Positions 12,349 to 22,069 are shown, counted from the first letter of the stretch. The stretch is DNA of 64,000 bases from an uncultured Candidatus Binatia bacterium (GCA_965242525.1 OZ251459.1:2848001-2912000); one strand, 5' to 3'. Made by a program: numbers and translations. The notes: generated by a model from the letters alone, not told the origin.

Positions 12349-15300
12349 CTACAGCAACCTCTCTGCCGGCGCGCCCGGCGGCTTGCGCATCCCTGCGGGG
12401 ACGGGGGGCAGTTCGTCGGCTCGGAAGCACGGCCCTCGGGTCACCGCGTCGAGCAGGCGCTCCTGTTCCGGGTAGCTTGCCAGCGTGGCTTCCAGCACCC
12501 AGAGCAGCTCCAGCAACTCGGTGGTGAACCCCGGCGTCCATCGGTCCGGGCGGACGTCGTCCAGGGGCGAGGACTTCTTGCCGCCCCCGTCCTTCATGCG
12601 GCGCCTGAGCCATGATTGGACCACCTTGAGGCCGGAGACCTCGAACCCATGGACCTCGGGCGCCACGGGCGCGAACTCGCCCGCGCCCACGTGAAGCGTC
12701 TGTGTCGCGTCGTCGTAACGGAACGCTTCAGGATAGCCGGTCGGGTCGCCGGGCACGGCCCTGGCGCATCGGGCCGCGCCGCGGGGAACCCGGCCGCACT
12801 GCTCGCCTTCGGGAACGAAGCGCTCGCCGTAGGTATGCAACCGCAACAGGTGGGCGCCCGTCTTGCGGACTTGCTCGAACAAAGTCGGGTCTTTCGTGAG
12901 GGGGACGCGCAAATCGCGTGTTTCCAGTTCTTGAGAGAAACGCTCGGTAAAGGCCGGGTGGGCCAGCACGCCATAGACGTAGGCCAGGAAGTGTTCGGGC
13001 GTGACCTTGCGCCCAAGGGTCTTGCCGAGGAGGTCCTCCAAGCCGGGCAGGAGGTTGGCCTCCGATGCGTCCGCGGTCCGATAGAGCGGAACGATGCTCT
13101 TTCCGCTTCCGCCGGGGAAATGATGAAGATCGGGAAGCAGCGCACAGGCGGTGAGCGCCGGTCCGTGGCCGAGGACTTGGCTGAGGAGGCTGGTCACGTA
13201 AACTTGCCGCTCGCCGTGGGCGCGCCAGAGTTCGGGACGCGGGCGGGAGATCATGCGGCCGTCCGCAATCAGGTATTGACGGTCGAAGGAACGGTAGGCG
13301 TAGCGCCGTACTTCCGGGACGGGAGCGTCCCGGGACAACTCGGAGAGGGGGGTGGAGCCGTTCCCGTCTTCTTTCGTCAGGGCAGCGCGGTACGTCCCGG
13401 CAACGGTACGGTCTCCGGTTTCGCGGAACGCCGCGGAACGGTCAGCGGGCCGTAGAAGCCCGCGCCAACGGCGTTCCAGCGTGTCCTCGTCCGGCGCGAT
13501 GGGCCACGTCCGTTTCAACTGGACGCCCGAATGCTGCCACGGCATCAGGTCGGTGAGCAGCGGCCACGCGAAGTAATCCCCTTTGCCCGCGGGACGGAAC
13601 GCCGCCTGCCACTCACCGGGGCAGTCCTGCCAGTCCACCTTCCGGAAACCGTCGATGGCGTCGAGCATGGCGAGCTTCTGTCTGCGCGTGCCGTCGAGGC
13701 GCGCGTAGCGGACCTTCGCGGCTTCGTCCTCCTTCGCCTTGCCCGTGCGCACCGCAACCGCTATGGCCACCGGCGTCTGGATGGCGAAGACGTTGTCGCT
13801 CCTGCGCGTGCCCCGGCCCTCGCCGCCCAGATCCAGGATCCACACTTCATCGCACACCCGGCGCATGTGTTCGCGCATGCCACGGAAGGCGTCGCCATCG
13901 AGGTAGCTGGACGCGGTGATGAAGCTGACGATGCCCGGGCCAGCGGCCGTATCGTGCTCGAACACCTTCCACAACGCCCAGCGCCAGAAATAGACGTAGA
14001 GGTTGTAGAGGTTCTTGATGTGGACGCCGCGGCCGGCGTCCTTGGCCGGGTCGAGAAAGTCTTTCAGGATGGAGAGTTCCTGGCGTCGTTCCAGCCGGGC
14101 TTTGGCTGTTCTCCCTCCTCTTCGCCTGCCTTTGCCGTTCGCGCCCCCGGCGTCCAGCGGGTCGCCGAACCGCACCCAGCCGCCGTACGAGGACAGGTTG
14201 TCCTCGGTGTTCCGGTCCACGGCGTCGTGTCGGTCGTAGGGCGGGTTGCCCAGGCAGACGATGACCGGTGTCTTGCGTTTGATTTCGAGCGCCTTTCGGT
14301 GCTGCTTGGCGATGGGCTCCAGGATGAACCCCAATTGCCGCGGCTCGGTGCGGGGACTCTCCAGCGTGTCGGTCAGATAGACATGCGTCCCTTCCTCGGG
14401 CAGGTGCGCGCCGCGGTCGCGCAGGGCGCGGGTGACGCGCAACTCGCTCACCGCGTACGGGCCGACCATCACCTCGAAGCCGTAGAGGTTGTTGGCCAAC
14501 GCCGCCGCCTGTCCCGCCACCGCGCCCGCTCCCTGTTCCGCTTCCACCCGCCCCAGGGCGTGTTCGACCACCCCCAGCAGGTACGTGCCCGTGCCCGCAG
14601 CCGGATCCAGCGTGACCACATCAGGTTCCGCAAAGCCCAGCCGTCTGTTCAGGCGGTGGACCAGCAGGTCGTCCACCAGACGCACCTGAGCGCGGACCAC
14701 TTCCACCGGAGTGTAGTAGGCCCCGGCGTCCTTGCGCAGCTTGGGGTCGTAGGCCGCCAGGAAGTCTTCGTAGAAGTAGAGCCACGGGTCCTGCGGTCCG
14801 GCCAGCGCCGCAGGCGGCACGACCGCGAGGACCCGCAGCAGCAGGTCCAGGGACGCGGCCATCTCCGCCCGCACGCCCGGGTCGGTCAGGACCTGAAGGG
14901 CGCGGGAGAGCAGGCCGTGCTGGGCGGCGAGGGCGGCCTGGGCCCCTTCCAGCGTCAACGGGTCCGCCCCCTCGCTGCGCCCCAGCAGCAGGGCGAAGGC
15001 GACGGTCTGGGCGTAGGCGTCGGCGAACTGGACGTCCGAGGCGTGAGGGAACAGCAGTTGCCGCCAGTCCTTGGCCAAGTGGACGAGAGGGGAGGCCGGG
15101 TCGGCGAGGGCGTCGGTCACGTCGTCCCGCAGCATCCGGCACAGGGGGGCCAGCAGGTCGGCGAAGCGCCGGAGGTCCATGCGGCCCTTGCCGTCCAGTG
15201 GCAGGAACGGCTCCCACGACAGGAAGTCCCGCACCAGGCGCTCGACGCCCGGGGCGTCCTCCACCGCCGCGGCCCGCCGACCGTCCCGGGCCACGTCCCC

Positions 15301-15711
15301 CGAAAGCCGGACCACGCCCCCCGCCCGTTCGCCGCCCCGGTACAGCCCCCATTGGTTGCCGTCGGTGTAGAGGAGGTTGGGGATCGCCGAAAAGCGCTGA
15401 AACTGTTGGCGGTTGCGGCCCTTGAAACGGCTCGCGTCGGCGCCCGTGCCCGGGGCCTTGACCTCCACGTAGCCCACCAGCGCTTCATGGAGATGGACTG
15501 CGTAGTCGGGCCGGCCGAGCCGGTCGGGCAGCAGCGTCTCGCCGGTGCAGGCGACGCGCCAGCCCAACATAGCGGCGACGTCCGCCATGAAGCCCTCGAA
15601 CGGGGCGCGGAGCTGGTCCTCGGGTTCGCCCGGGGTGAGCTGCGTCGTCTTGGCCGTCACCGCGGCGGCGAACTCTTGCAGGGCTTCGTGGATGGACGTG
15701 CTGCTGCTCAT
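12349..15711 (-). CDS. Single-polypeptide restriction-modification enzyme (PD-(D/E)XK nuclease + N6-adenine MTase + Type ISP-like C-terminal target recognition domain), no helicase
   Basis: RPDY...YVEVK nuclease motif; GAYYTP; motif I DPAAGTGTYL; motif IV NPPY; YAYRSFDRQY and FEVSGLKVVQSWL typical of the ISP C-terminus. Confidence 0.88.
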   Translation of the reverse strand: MSSSTSIHEALQEFAAAVTAKTTQLTPGEPEDQLRAPFEGFMADVAAMLGWRVACTGETLLPDRLGRPDYAVHLHEALVGYVEVKAPGTGADASRFKGRNRQQFQRFSAIPNLLYTDGNQWGLYRGGERAGGVVRLSGDVARDGRRAAAVEDAPGVERLVRDFLSWEPFLPLDGKGRMDLRRFADLLAPLCRMLRDDVTDALADPASPLVHLAKDWRQLLFPHASDVQFADAYAQTVAFALLLGRSEGADPLTLEGAQAALAAQHGLLSRALQVLTDPGVRAEMAASLDLLLRVLAVVPPAALAGPQDPWLYFYEDFLAAYDPKLRKDAGAYYTPVEVVRAQVRLVDDLLVHRLNRRLGFAEPDVVTLDPAAGTGTYLLGVVEHALGRVEAEQGAGAVAGQAAALANNLYGFEVMVGPYAVSELRVTRALRDRGAHLPEEGTHVYLTDTLESPRTEPRQLGFILEPIAKQHRKALEIKRKTPVIVCLGNPPYDRHDAVDRNTEDNLSSYGGWVRFGDPLDAGGANGKGRRRGGRTAKARLERRQELSILKDFLDPAKDAGRGVHIKNLYNLYVYFWRWALWKVFEHDTAAGPGIVSFITASSYLDGDAFRGMREHMRRVCDEVWILDLGGEGRGTRRSDNVFAIQTPVAIAVAVRTGKAKEDEAAKVRYARLDGTRRQKLAMLDAIDGFRKVDWQDCPGEWQAAFRPAGKGDYFAWPLLTDLMPWQHSGVQLKRTWPIAPDEDTLERRWRGLLRPADRSAAFRETGDRTVAGTYRAALTKEDGNGSTPLSELSRDAPVPEVRRYAYRSFDRQYLIADGRMISRPRPELWRAHGERQVYVTSLLSQVLGHGPALTACALLPDLHHFPGGSGKSIVPLYRTADASEANLLPGLEDLLGKTLGRKVTPEHFLAYVYGVLAHPAFTERFSQELETRDLRVPLTKDPTLFEQVRKTGAHLLRLHTYGERFVPEGEQCGRVPRGAARCARAVPGDPTGYPEAFRYDDATQTLHVGAGEFAPVAPEVHGFEVSGLKVVQSWLRRRMKDGGGKKSSPLDDVRPDRWTPGFTTELLELLWVLEATLASYPEQERLLDAVTRGPCFRADELPPVPAGMRKPPGAPAERLL

Positions 15712-15758
15712 GCCGGCGCCGCGGTTCGATTCTTGGCGTCAACCCGTCGGAGGCTTGC

Positions 15759-15863
15759 GGAACCTCTGATCAATCCTGGATCGAGGCGCCTCTCCCTATG
15801 GGAAAGCGCGTCCTTCGACTTCGCTTCGCTCAGGACGAACGGAGGCAATTGTTCAGAGCTTCC
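15759..15863 (+). mobile_element. MITE family 1 copy with perfect 4-bp TSD (TTGC)
   Basis: TTGC|GGAACCTCTGATCAAT ... AATTGTTCAGAGCTTCC|TTGC. Confidence 0.85.
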
Positions 15864-15977
15864 TTGCCTCGAACGGAACCCTGACGATCAACATACGGCA
15901 ACCGGGAAACCATGTCCAACCTCGTTCCCGCGGCGGTCCTTCCTCGCCACGCGGCTCCCGATCTGGTACCATGTTGC

Positions 15978-16087
15978 GGAAACCCTGAACGGTTATCCCC
16001 GTTCGTCCTGAGCGTAGCGAAGCGAAGTCGAAGGACGCGCTTTCCCATAGGGAGAGGGGGTTCAAGCCGGAATTGCCCAGGGTTTCG
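15978..16087 (-). mobile_element. MITE family 1 copy with 4-bp TSD (TTGC)
   Basis: TTGC|GGAAACCCTGAACGGTT ... AATTGCCCAGGGTTTCG|TTGC. Confidence 0.8.
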
Positions 16088-16131
16088 TTGCCATTCCCCA
16101 CGCGCCGCGGGGCGCGGGAAAGGAGACCCCG

Positions 16132-16725
16132 ATGGCCGACCGGATGACCCTGGAGGTCTTCACCGACTTCGTCTGACCGTGGTGCTACCTCAGTACCGGG
16201 CGTATTGAGAAACTGCGACGGAACTATGAACTCAACGTGGTGTTCACGCAATTCCCGCTGCATCCCGAGACCCCGGCGGAGGGCAAGCCTCGCCACGTGA
16301 GCGGGCCGAGCCGGGTCGAAGCCATGCTGGCCCGGGAGGGCCTGCCCTTCGGCGAGCGCAAGTTCAGCTACAACAGCCGACTCGCCCAGGAGCTTGCCAA
16401 ATGGGCGGAAAGCCAAGGCCGGGGCGACGCGTTCCACGACGCGGTGTTCCGCGCCTACTTCGTCGATGCGGTCAACATCGGCGATGCGGAAGTCCTGCTC
16501 CGACTGGTGGAAGAGGCCGGGTTGCCGGTGGAGGAGGCCCGCCAAGCGCTGTCCGACCGGACCTTCCGGCAAGCGGTGGACGACGACTGGCAGCGGTGCC
16601 GTTCCCTGGGGGTTTCGGCCGTGCCCACCTATCTCTCCGAAGGCCTGGCCATCGTGGGCGCCGAGCCCTACGAGAGGTTGGAGAGGCTCGTGACCGAGGC
16701 CGGCGCCGCCAGGCTCACCGCGTGA
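16132..16725 (+). CDS. DsbA/FrnE-family thiol oxidoreductase, selenoprotein (UxxC)
   Basis: AAGGAG RBS, ATG 16132; MADRMTLEVFTDFV-TGA(16174)-PWCYLS continues in frame into ORF 16237..16725 (FPLHP, GVSAVPT); TGA occupies the first Cys of the family DFVCPWC motif. Confidence 0.9.
16177..16221 (+). promoter_or_regulatory. Candidate bacterial SECIS hairpin
   Basis: CTCAGTAC-CGGGC-GTATTGAG stem-loop (16189-16209) 12 nt after UGA, G-rich apical loop; lower stem CCGT/ACGG. Confidence 0.65.
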
Positions 16726-17639
16726 TGGCAGGCATACCCGCGGTCGATTTCGGACCCTTCCTGAGCGGCGGCGCCGAGGCCCGCAGCCTCGTGGCGCGTC
16801 GGATCCGCGCAGCCTGCAGCGAGTTCGGGTTCCTCAACCTCACCAACCTGCCGTTGCCCGCGGGCTTGAGGGAACGGGTGGCCGCCAAGGCCAGGGAGTT
16901 CTTCGCGTTGCCGCGGGAGGTCAAGGAAGCCATCGGGCGGTCCCACCGGGACGCCATCTCGGGCTACGTGGGCGTGGCCGTGGAGCGTCTCGATACCGGG
17001 CAACCGGGGGACCTCAAGGAATCCTTCAGCGTGAACCAGGCCAGTATCGAACTCCTCGACCACTGGCGCATCCCCGTGGACGGCTTCCGCCAGACGGTGC
17101 TGGACCTCCACGAGGCCGGCGCCCGGGCCTGTGCGGCGCTGGTGCAGGCCATGGCCCTGTCCCTGGGGGCGCCCGGGGACTTCTTCGAGGACAAGCATGC
17201 GCCCCACGCCAGCACCGTGCGCCTGTTCCACTACCCGCCGGTGGAGCGTCGGCCCGGCGCCGGCCAGTTGCGGGCGGGAGCCCACACCGATTACGGCACC
17301 GTCACGCTGGTCTTCCAGGACCGGGTGGAAGGGCTGGAAGCCCTGGTGGACGGCCGGTGGACCACCGTCCCCGCGGTCCCCGGCGCGGTGACCGTCAACG
17401 TGGCCGACCTGCTGTCACGCTGGACCAACGGCATCTACCGTTCGCCGAAACACCGTGTGGCGCTGCCCGACGCGGACGTGGAGGAGTCCCGGTATTCCGT
17501 CGTCTTCTTCTACAACCCCAACGGCGAGTCCACCGTCCGTTGCATGGAGTCGTGCTGCGGTCCCGATCGTCCCCCTGCCTACCCCCCAATCCGGGCGGGA
17601 GAGTTCCTCCGCCGCCGCCGTGAGGCGTCCTACCGCTGA
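16725..17639 (+). CDS. 2-oxoglutarate/Fe(II) dioxygenase, isopenicillin-N-synthase family
   Basis: GDLKESF, RLFHYP, GAHTDYGTVTL, YRSPKHRV, RYSVVFF; TGATG coupling to upstream gene. Confidence 0.92.
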   Translation: MAGIPAVDFGPFLSGGAEARSLVARRIRAACSEFGFLNLTNLPLPAGLRERVAAKAREFFALPREVKEAIGRSHRDAISGYVGVAVERLDTGQPGDLKESFSVNQASIELLDHWRIPVDGFRQTVLDLHEAGARACAALVQAMALSLGAPGDFFEDKHAPHASTVRLFHYPPVERRPGAGQLRAGAHTDYGTVTLVFQDRVEGLEALVDGRWTTVPAVPGAVTVNVADLLSRWTNGIYRSPKHRVALPDADVEESRYSVVFFYNPNGESTVRCMESCCGPDRPPAYPPIRAGEFLRRRREASYR

Positions 17640-17640
17640 T

Positions 17641-17708
17641 TCCCTCACCCTGGCCCTCCCGTCTCCGTTCGTCCTGAGCGTAGCGGAGCGGAGTCGAAGG
17701 ACGCGCTC
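17641..17708 (-). repeat. REP core of family 1 without TIRs, between convergent genes
   Basis: CCCTCACCCTGGCCCTCCC + CCGTTCGTCCTGAGCGTAGCGGAGCGGAGTCGAAGGACGCGC. Confidence 0.75.
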
Positions 17709-17737
17709 CTGCCTCTGCCCCGATGGTGCAGAAGTTC

Positions 17738-18715
17738 CTATGGACGCCCGCGAAGGTTCTCGTCGAGGAAACGCAGCAACACCGGCGCCACCGTGGCGTT
17801 GGGCTCCTCATGGACGCGGCGGCGGTCGGGGTGGTCGTCGAGGTAGGTGAACCAGGAATGGCCGGCGCTCGGGATGAACAGGGTCTCGACGCGGGCGCCG
17901 GCTGCACGCAGCGCCGCGATGAAGCGCTCGGACTGGTCATGGTGGACGATGGGGTCCTGCTCGCCGTGGATGATGAGGTAGGGGACCCCCGGCGGCGCGC
18001 CCCGGGCCTGGACGCCTTGCAGCGGCGAGAACCGCCGGTAGTCTTCCGGGGCCTGGGCCGGCGTCTTGCCCATGAGCCTGCCCACCGGGTCGTCGAGCCT
18101 CCCCCGGGTGGTCTCCCACCAGTCCACTAGATCGTAGATGCCGTACACCCCCACCACCGCGCGCACATGGGGCCTCACCCAGTCCTCCAGGGAAAGCAGC
18201 GCCGCCATGTGCGCGCCCGCGGAGTCGCCCACGAGCCCCAACCGCTCCGGGTCCACGCCCAGCCCGGGCGCTTCCCCGACGAGCCAGCGCAGCGCCCTCC
18301 GGACGTCATCGTGCACCCCGGGCCACGCGGGCGAGACTCGATACGACAACCGGTAGTCCACCGCCGCGACGGCATAGCCCCGGGCTGCGAGCCACGGCCC
18401 CCACTCCTGGTACTGGCGCGAGCTGCCCCGGGCCCACGCCCCGCCGTGCAGACACAGCAGCGCGGGATGCGGCCCGGTCCCTGCGGGCAGGTACAAATCG
18501 TTGCACAGGTCGCCTTCGGGGCCGCCCCCGTAAGGCACGTCGAACCGGGTCTCCACATCGAGTCCTGCCGTACCCACCTTCCTCGCGCTCCCTTCCGGTA
18601 CCCGTATGCCTCCTGCCCGGGAACCTGCCCCTCGCCGCGATTCATTGGCTCGGACAGGCTCCCGGAGTACCCGGGACGCTAATAGACCGCGTGCCGCTCT
18701 GTCAAACCGCCCCAT
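17738..18715 (-). CDS. alpha/beta hydrolase (HSL/BD-FAE-like esterase); true start probably about 100-140 nt downstream
   Basis: HGGAW oxyanion motif, GDSAG, HGEQDPIV, AGHSW. Confidence 0.88.
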   Translation of the reverse strand: MGRFDRAARGLLASRVLREPVRANESRRGAGSRAGGIRVPEGSARKVGTAGLDVETRFDVPYGGGPEGDLCNDLYLPAGTGPHPALLCLHGGAWARGSSRQYQEWGPWLAARGYAVAAVDYRLSYRVSPAWPGVHDDVRRALRWLVGEAPGLGVDPERLGLVGDSAGAHMAALLSLEDWVRPHVRAVVGVYGIYDLVDWWETTRGRLDDPVGRLMGKTPAQAPEDYRRFSPLQGVQARGAPPGVPYLIIHGEQDPIVHHDQSERFIAALRAAGARVETLFIPSAGHSWFTYLDDHPDRRRVHEEPNATVAPVLLRFLDENLRGRP

Positions 18716-18971
18716 CCGCTATCCCGGAAGCGCCTGCAGAATAATCCGTCAAGCGGATCGGTCAAGCAGGGAAAGGCGGCAAGGGGCCTGTCCATGCAAA
18801 CGCCGTCTTCCTCGGCCGACCTTGAATCCCATGTTCCCATGCAGTATCTTGGCAACCGAAGGGGTCCCGACGTATGGGGTGTGGTGAACCGGCGTTCCCT
18901 GCGAGTCGTAGCGTGAGCACAGTGCTCACGAGAGAATATGGTCCTTCTGCATCGTAGATCGGCGAGTGACG

Positions 18972-19679
18972 ATGTACACCAGCCTCGAGTGGATCGATTT
19001 GACTTACGACGTGGAGTTCGACCCTCCAGCGTTTGCTCTGCCCAAGACCAGCACAGACGTGCTCGAGGCCCTCTACGAGAGGATTCACCCCCGGTTCCCC
19101 ATCAACACGCGCGACATGCAGGTGACCGGCGGCAACCAACTTTCGGATGTACACCTTCACGCCACCCTGTTCGGCGGGAACGGCGTCATCGATGTATGGG
19201 TGGACCGAATGTCGCTTGGTTTCGGCAACTTGAAGAAGGAAGCAGACTTGACGGAGTGCAAGGACTGTATCCGGCTGAGCGAGGCCGCGATGCAAGATGC
19301 GCTTCCGTCCGTGCGCTTCCGCGAAGTAGCCATCAAACCGACCCTGTTCCTGGAATTGGAAGGCGGACAAGAAGAAGTCGAAAATTACCTGTCGCGGCTG
19401 CCGGGGACATGCCCCCAACTCGACCTGAGCGAATTTGGGGCTGCCGTTCAACGTCCCGAAGTGAGTCTTGAAGTCGGTAACCCCGAGGAAGGATGGGATG
19501 TTCTCTTCCACGCGTTCCGGGACCGGGAGGAGGCGTCGTCCTTGATCCTTTCGTGTCAGGCTTTCTATCAGGCGAACGGACGGGTGAGTGGACTCGAAGA
19601 CCGGGCGGACCACCTGAAGAGACTGCTGAAGGCGTTTCTTGACGGCATCGGCCTGGAACTGGAAGGTCGGACTGAATGA
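18972..19679 (+). CDS. Hypothetical protein, first gene of RES-TA module
   Basis: Protein-like acidic 235-aa ORF in lower-GC island; stop overlaps next ATG (ATGA). Confidence 0.7.
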   Translation: MYTSLEWIDLTYDVEFDPPAFALPKTSTDVLEALYERIHPRFPINTRDMQVTGGNQLSDVHLHATLFGGNGVIDVWVDRMSLGFGNLKKEADLTECKDCIRLSEAAMQDALPSVRFREVAIKPTLFLELEGGQEEVENYLSRLPGTCPQLDLSEFGAAVQRPEVSLEVGNPEEGWDVLFHAFRDREEASSLILSCQAFYQANGRVSGLEDRADHLKRLLKAFLDGIGLELEGRTE

Positions 19680-20329
19680 CTTCCGATATCCTCGAACCTC
19701 TGGGTTCCATACGGCCATCGGATGGTTGGGGAGGGCGTGTGTTCGGCGGTCATCCCGTGCCCGAATCGGGTAGGCGTGAGGCAGTAGTCAACCGGGGTAG
19801 ACGGTCTCCATGGAAGCGGTCTCACGCCGAGCGGCGGCAGCCACCGAAATCCTGGAATGAGTCGGAACGACGGAAAACCATTTCGTATCGGCATCTGTCT
19901 CGACACCATGTCGCTCGGCTGCGGAAACCCATCGTTTATGAAACATGGTCCGCAGAAGAATCCCCCTACCGCGGCAGAATCACAGGGCCGGTCAGGTTCA
20001 TCAATCGGCTTCTCGTCGTATGGCGTCTGGAACCGGAGTATGCCTGTACCCTGCTCGGATTCGAGCGTTCCGAGTCCACCTACGTGACCCATGTACTCCA
20101 AGGTCACGCTACCCTTCGGGGAAGGGATGCGAAGGACCGAATCGCCCACCTCTTCCAGATCCGCAGGTTGTTGTGGGCGCTGTTCCGGGACGAGACCGTC
20201 GAGAACGAGTGGCTGAGAGAACCTCGCGCTGTTTTGGAGGACAAGACGCCCATGGACCTGTTGATAGAGGGTTCGATGGAAAATCTGCTCCTTGTGAGAG
20301 AAGTTGTCGAGTTGACGGCGGGAAGATGA
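19676..20329 (+). CDS. MbcA/ParS/Xre-family antitoxin with long basic N-terminal extension
   Basis: C-term DRIAHLFQIRRLLWALFRDETVENEWLREP...KTPMDLLIEGSMENLLLVRE matches the DUF2384 pattern; directly upstream of a RES gene. Confidence 0.8.
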   Translation: MTSDILEPLGSIRPSDGWGGRVFGGHPVPESGRREAVVNRGRRSPWKRSHAERRQPPKSWNESERRKTISYRHLSRHHVARLRKPIVYETWSAEESPYRGRITGPVRFINRLLVVWRLEPEYACTLLGFERSESTYVTHVLQGHATLRGRDAKDRIAHLFQIRRLLWALFRDETVENEWLREPRAVLEDKTPMDLLIEGSMENLLLVREVVELTAGR

Positions 20330-20332
20330 ACC

Positions 20333-20977
20333 ATGCTCGAATCGGTCCCTACCGAATCGTTGCGGACGGAAGTATTCCGGTTGGCGGGCCAGCTACAGGA
20401 TTCGGAATTCCTCCGTGTGGAGGGATTCGATGACCGGAGTGTGGACGAGATGCTCCAATTGCTGGCGTCTCGAGAGGTTTCCGGCGGACCTGACGACCTG
20501 TGTGACGGCCCGTTCAGACCCAAGCCGCAACTTCGGAAGGCGGGACATCGCACCCGTTTCTCCGACGGCTCTTTCCCTGTTTTCTACGCTTCCCTGGAAA
20601 CCGAGACGGCCGAGATCGAGATGAAGTACTGGTTCCTGAAGAACGTCAGTCAGCCAACCAGGGCTCGCACCGCTTACTATTCCCGCTTCTCATGTCAATT
20701 CGACGGCTCCGTAAAGGACTTGAGGCCGCTACACGTCAATTGGCCGAATCTCATTCACGACAACGACTATAGCTTCTGCAACCGTTTGGGCGACGAGGCA
20801 AGGGTTTCCGGTCTCGACGGGCTGTTGACGCCGTCCGCGCGAAGGCCAAGCGGGACAAATCTTCCGGTGTTCAGGCGCCGCGCCGTCAGCAATCCCGTGG
20901 TCCGCGCCTTTGTGGCAATGACGTTGGATCCGTCGAGCGGAGAGGTTGCCGTTAGCGAAAGAGACCCGAAAGGTTGA
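20333..20977 (+). CDS. RES-domain toxin (NAD+ phosphorylase/ART-like)
   Basis: TRFSDGSFPVFYAS (R), TAEIE (E), GLLTPSARRPSGTN (S). Confidence 0.85.
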   Translation: MLESVPTESLRTEVFRLAGQLQDSEFLRVEGFDDRSVDEMLQLLASREVSGGPDDLCDGPFRPKPQLRKAGHRTRFSDGSFPVFYASLETETAEIEMKYWFLKNVSQPTRARTAYYSRFSCQFDGSVKDLRPLHVNWPNLIHDNDYSFCNRLGDEARVSGLDGLLTPSARRPSGTNLPVFRRRAVSNPVVRAFVAMTLDPSSGEVAVSERDPKG

Positions 20978-21040
20978 CGACGGTCCTCCGTACCGGCACC
21001 GCCCCAGACAAGCCACGTAACCCAACGGAGTCCACCGCTC

Positions 21041-22069
21041 ATGAAGAAACATTCCGCCGTGCTCATACCCGGTGACGGCATCGGTCCCGAGATCACCGCG
21101 GCCGTGCGCCGTATCCTCGAAGCGGCCCGCGCTCCCGTGGAATGGGTGGAGCGCGAGGCCGGCGTGACCGCTCTGGACCGGGGGCCGGACGTGCTGCCCG
21201 AGCCCACAGTGGAAGCCATCGAGCACCACGGGGTGGCCCTCAAGGGTCCGTGCACCACGCCGGTGGGCGAGGGCTTCACCTCGGTCAACGTCCAGCTACG
21301 GCAACGCCTCAACCTGTACGCCGCGGTGCGCCCGGTGCGCTCCCTGGCCGGGGCCCCCACCCGCTTCGATGACGTGGACCTCATCATCGTCCGCGAGAAC
21401 ACCGAAGGACTCTACAGCGGGGTGGAGAACCAAGTCACCGACGACGTGGTGATGAGCATGAAGGTGGCGACCAAGAGCGCCAGCCTGCGCATCGCCCACT
21501 GGGCCTTCCGGTTCGCCACCCGGCGCCAGCGGCGCAAGATCACCGTCTTCCACAAGGCCAACATCATGAAGGTCACGGACGGGCTGTTCCTGCAATGCGC
21601 CCGCCGCATCCACCAGCACGAGTACCCGAACATCGAGTACGAGGAGAACATCATCGACGCCGGCTGCATGAAGCTGGTCCAGGACCCCGGCCGGTTCGAC
21701 GTGCTGCTGCTGGAGAACCTCTACGGCGACGTGATCAGCGACTTGTGCGCGGGGCTCGTGGGCGGCCTGGGAGTGGTGCCGGGGGCCAATTTCGGAGACG
21801 ACCGGGCGGTGTTCGAAGCGGTCCACGGCTCGGCGCCGGACATCGCCGGCGCGGGCGTGGCCAACCCCCTGGCCATGCTCATGTCCGCGGTCATGCTGCT
21901 CAACCACTTGGCGGACACGCGCGAGGACGAACTCTGCCGTCAAGCCGCGGAACGTATCGAGGGCGCTTACGACCGGGCGTTGACCCAAGACTGCAAGACC
22001 CCCGACCTGGGCGGCCGGCTCGGCACCGACGCCTTCGCCGACGCCGTCATCGAGCGGCTGGCCGACTGA
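21041..22069 (+). CDS. Isocitrate/isopropylmalate dehydrogenase family (NAD-IDH-like)
   Basis: IPGDGIGPEI, VRENTEGLYSG, HKANIMK, NLYGDVISD, EAVHGSAPDIAG. Confidence 0.92.
   Translation: MKKHSAVLIPGDGIGPEITAAVRRILEAARAPVEWVEREAGVTALDRGPDVLPEPTVEAIEHHGVALKGPCTTPVGEGFTSVNVQLRQRLNLYAAVRPVRSLAGAPTRFDDVDLIIVRENTEGLYSGVENQVTDDVVMSMKVATKSASLRIAHWAFRFATRRQRRKITVFHKANIMKVTDGLFLQCARRIHQHEYPNIEYEENIIDAGCMKLVQDPGRFDVLLLENLYGDVISDLCAGLVGGLGVVPGANFGDDRAVFEAVHGSAPDIAGAGVANPLAMLMSAVMLLNHLADTREDELCRQAAERIEGAYDRALTQDCKTPDLGGRLGTDAFADAVIERLAD

Noticed and set aside
16174-16176. Nonsense mutation making DsbA a pseudogene
   Set aside because: The TGA lies precisely at the catalytic Cys with a downstream hairpin and an otherwise intact frame; Sec is more parsimonious.
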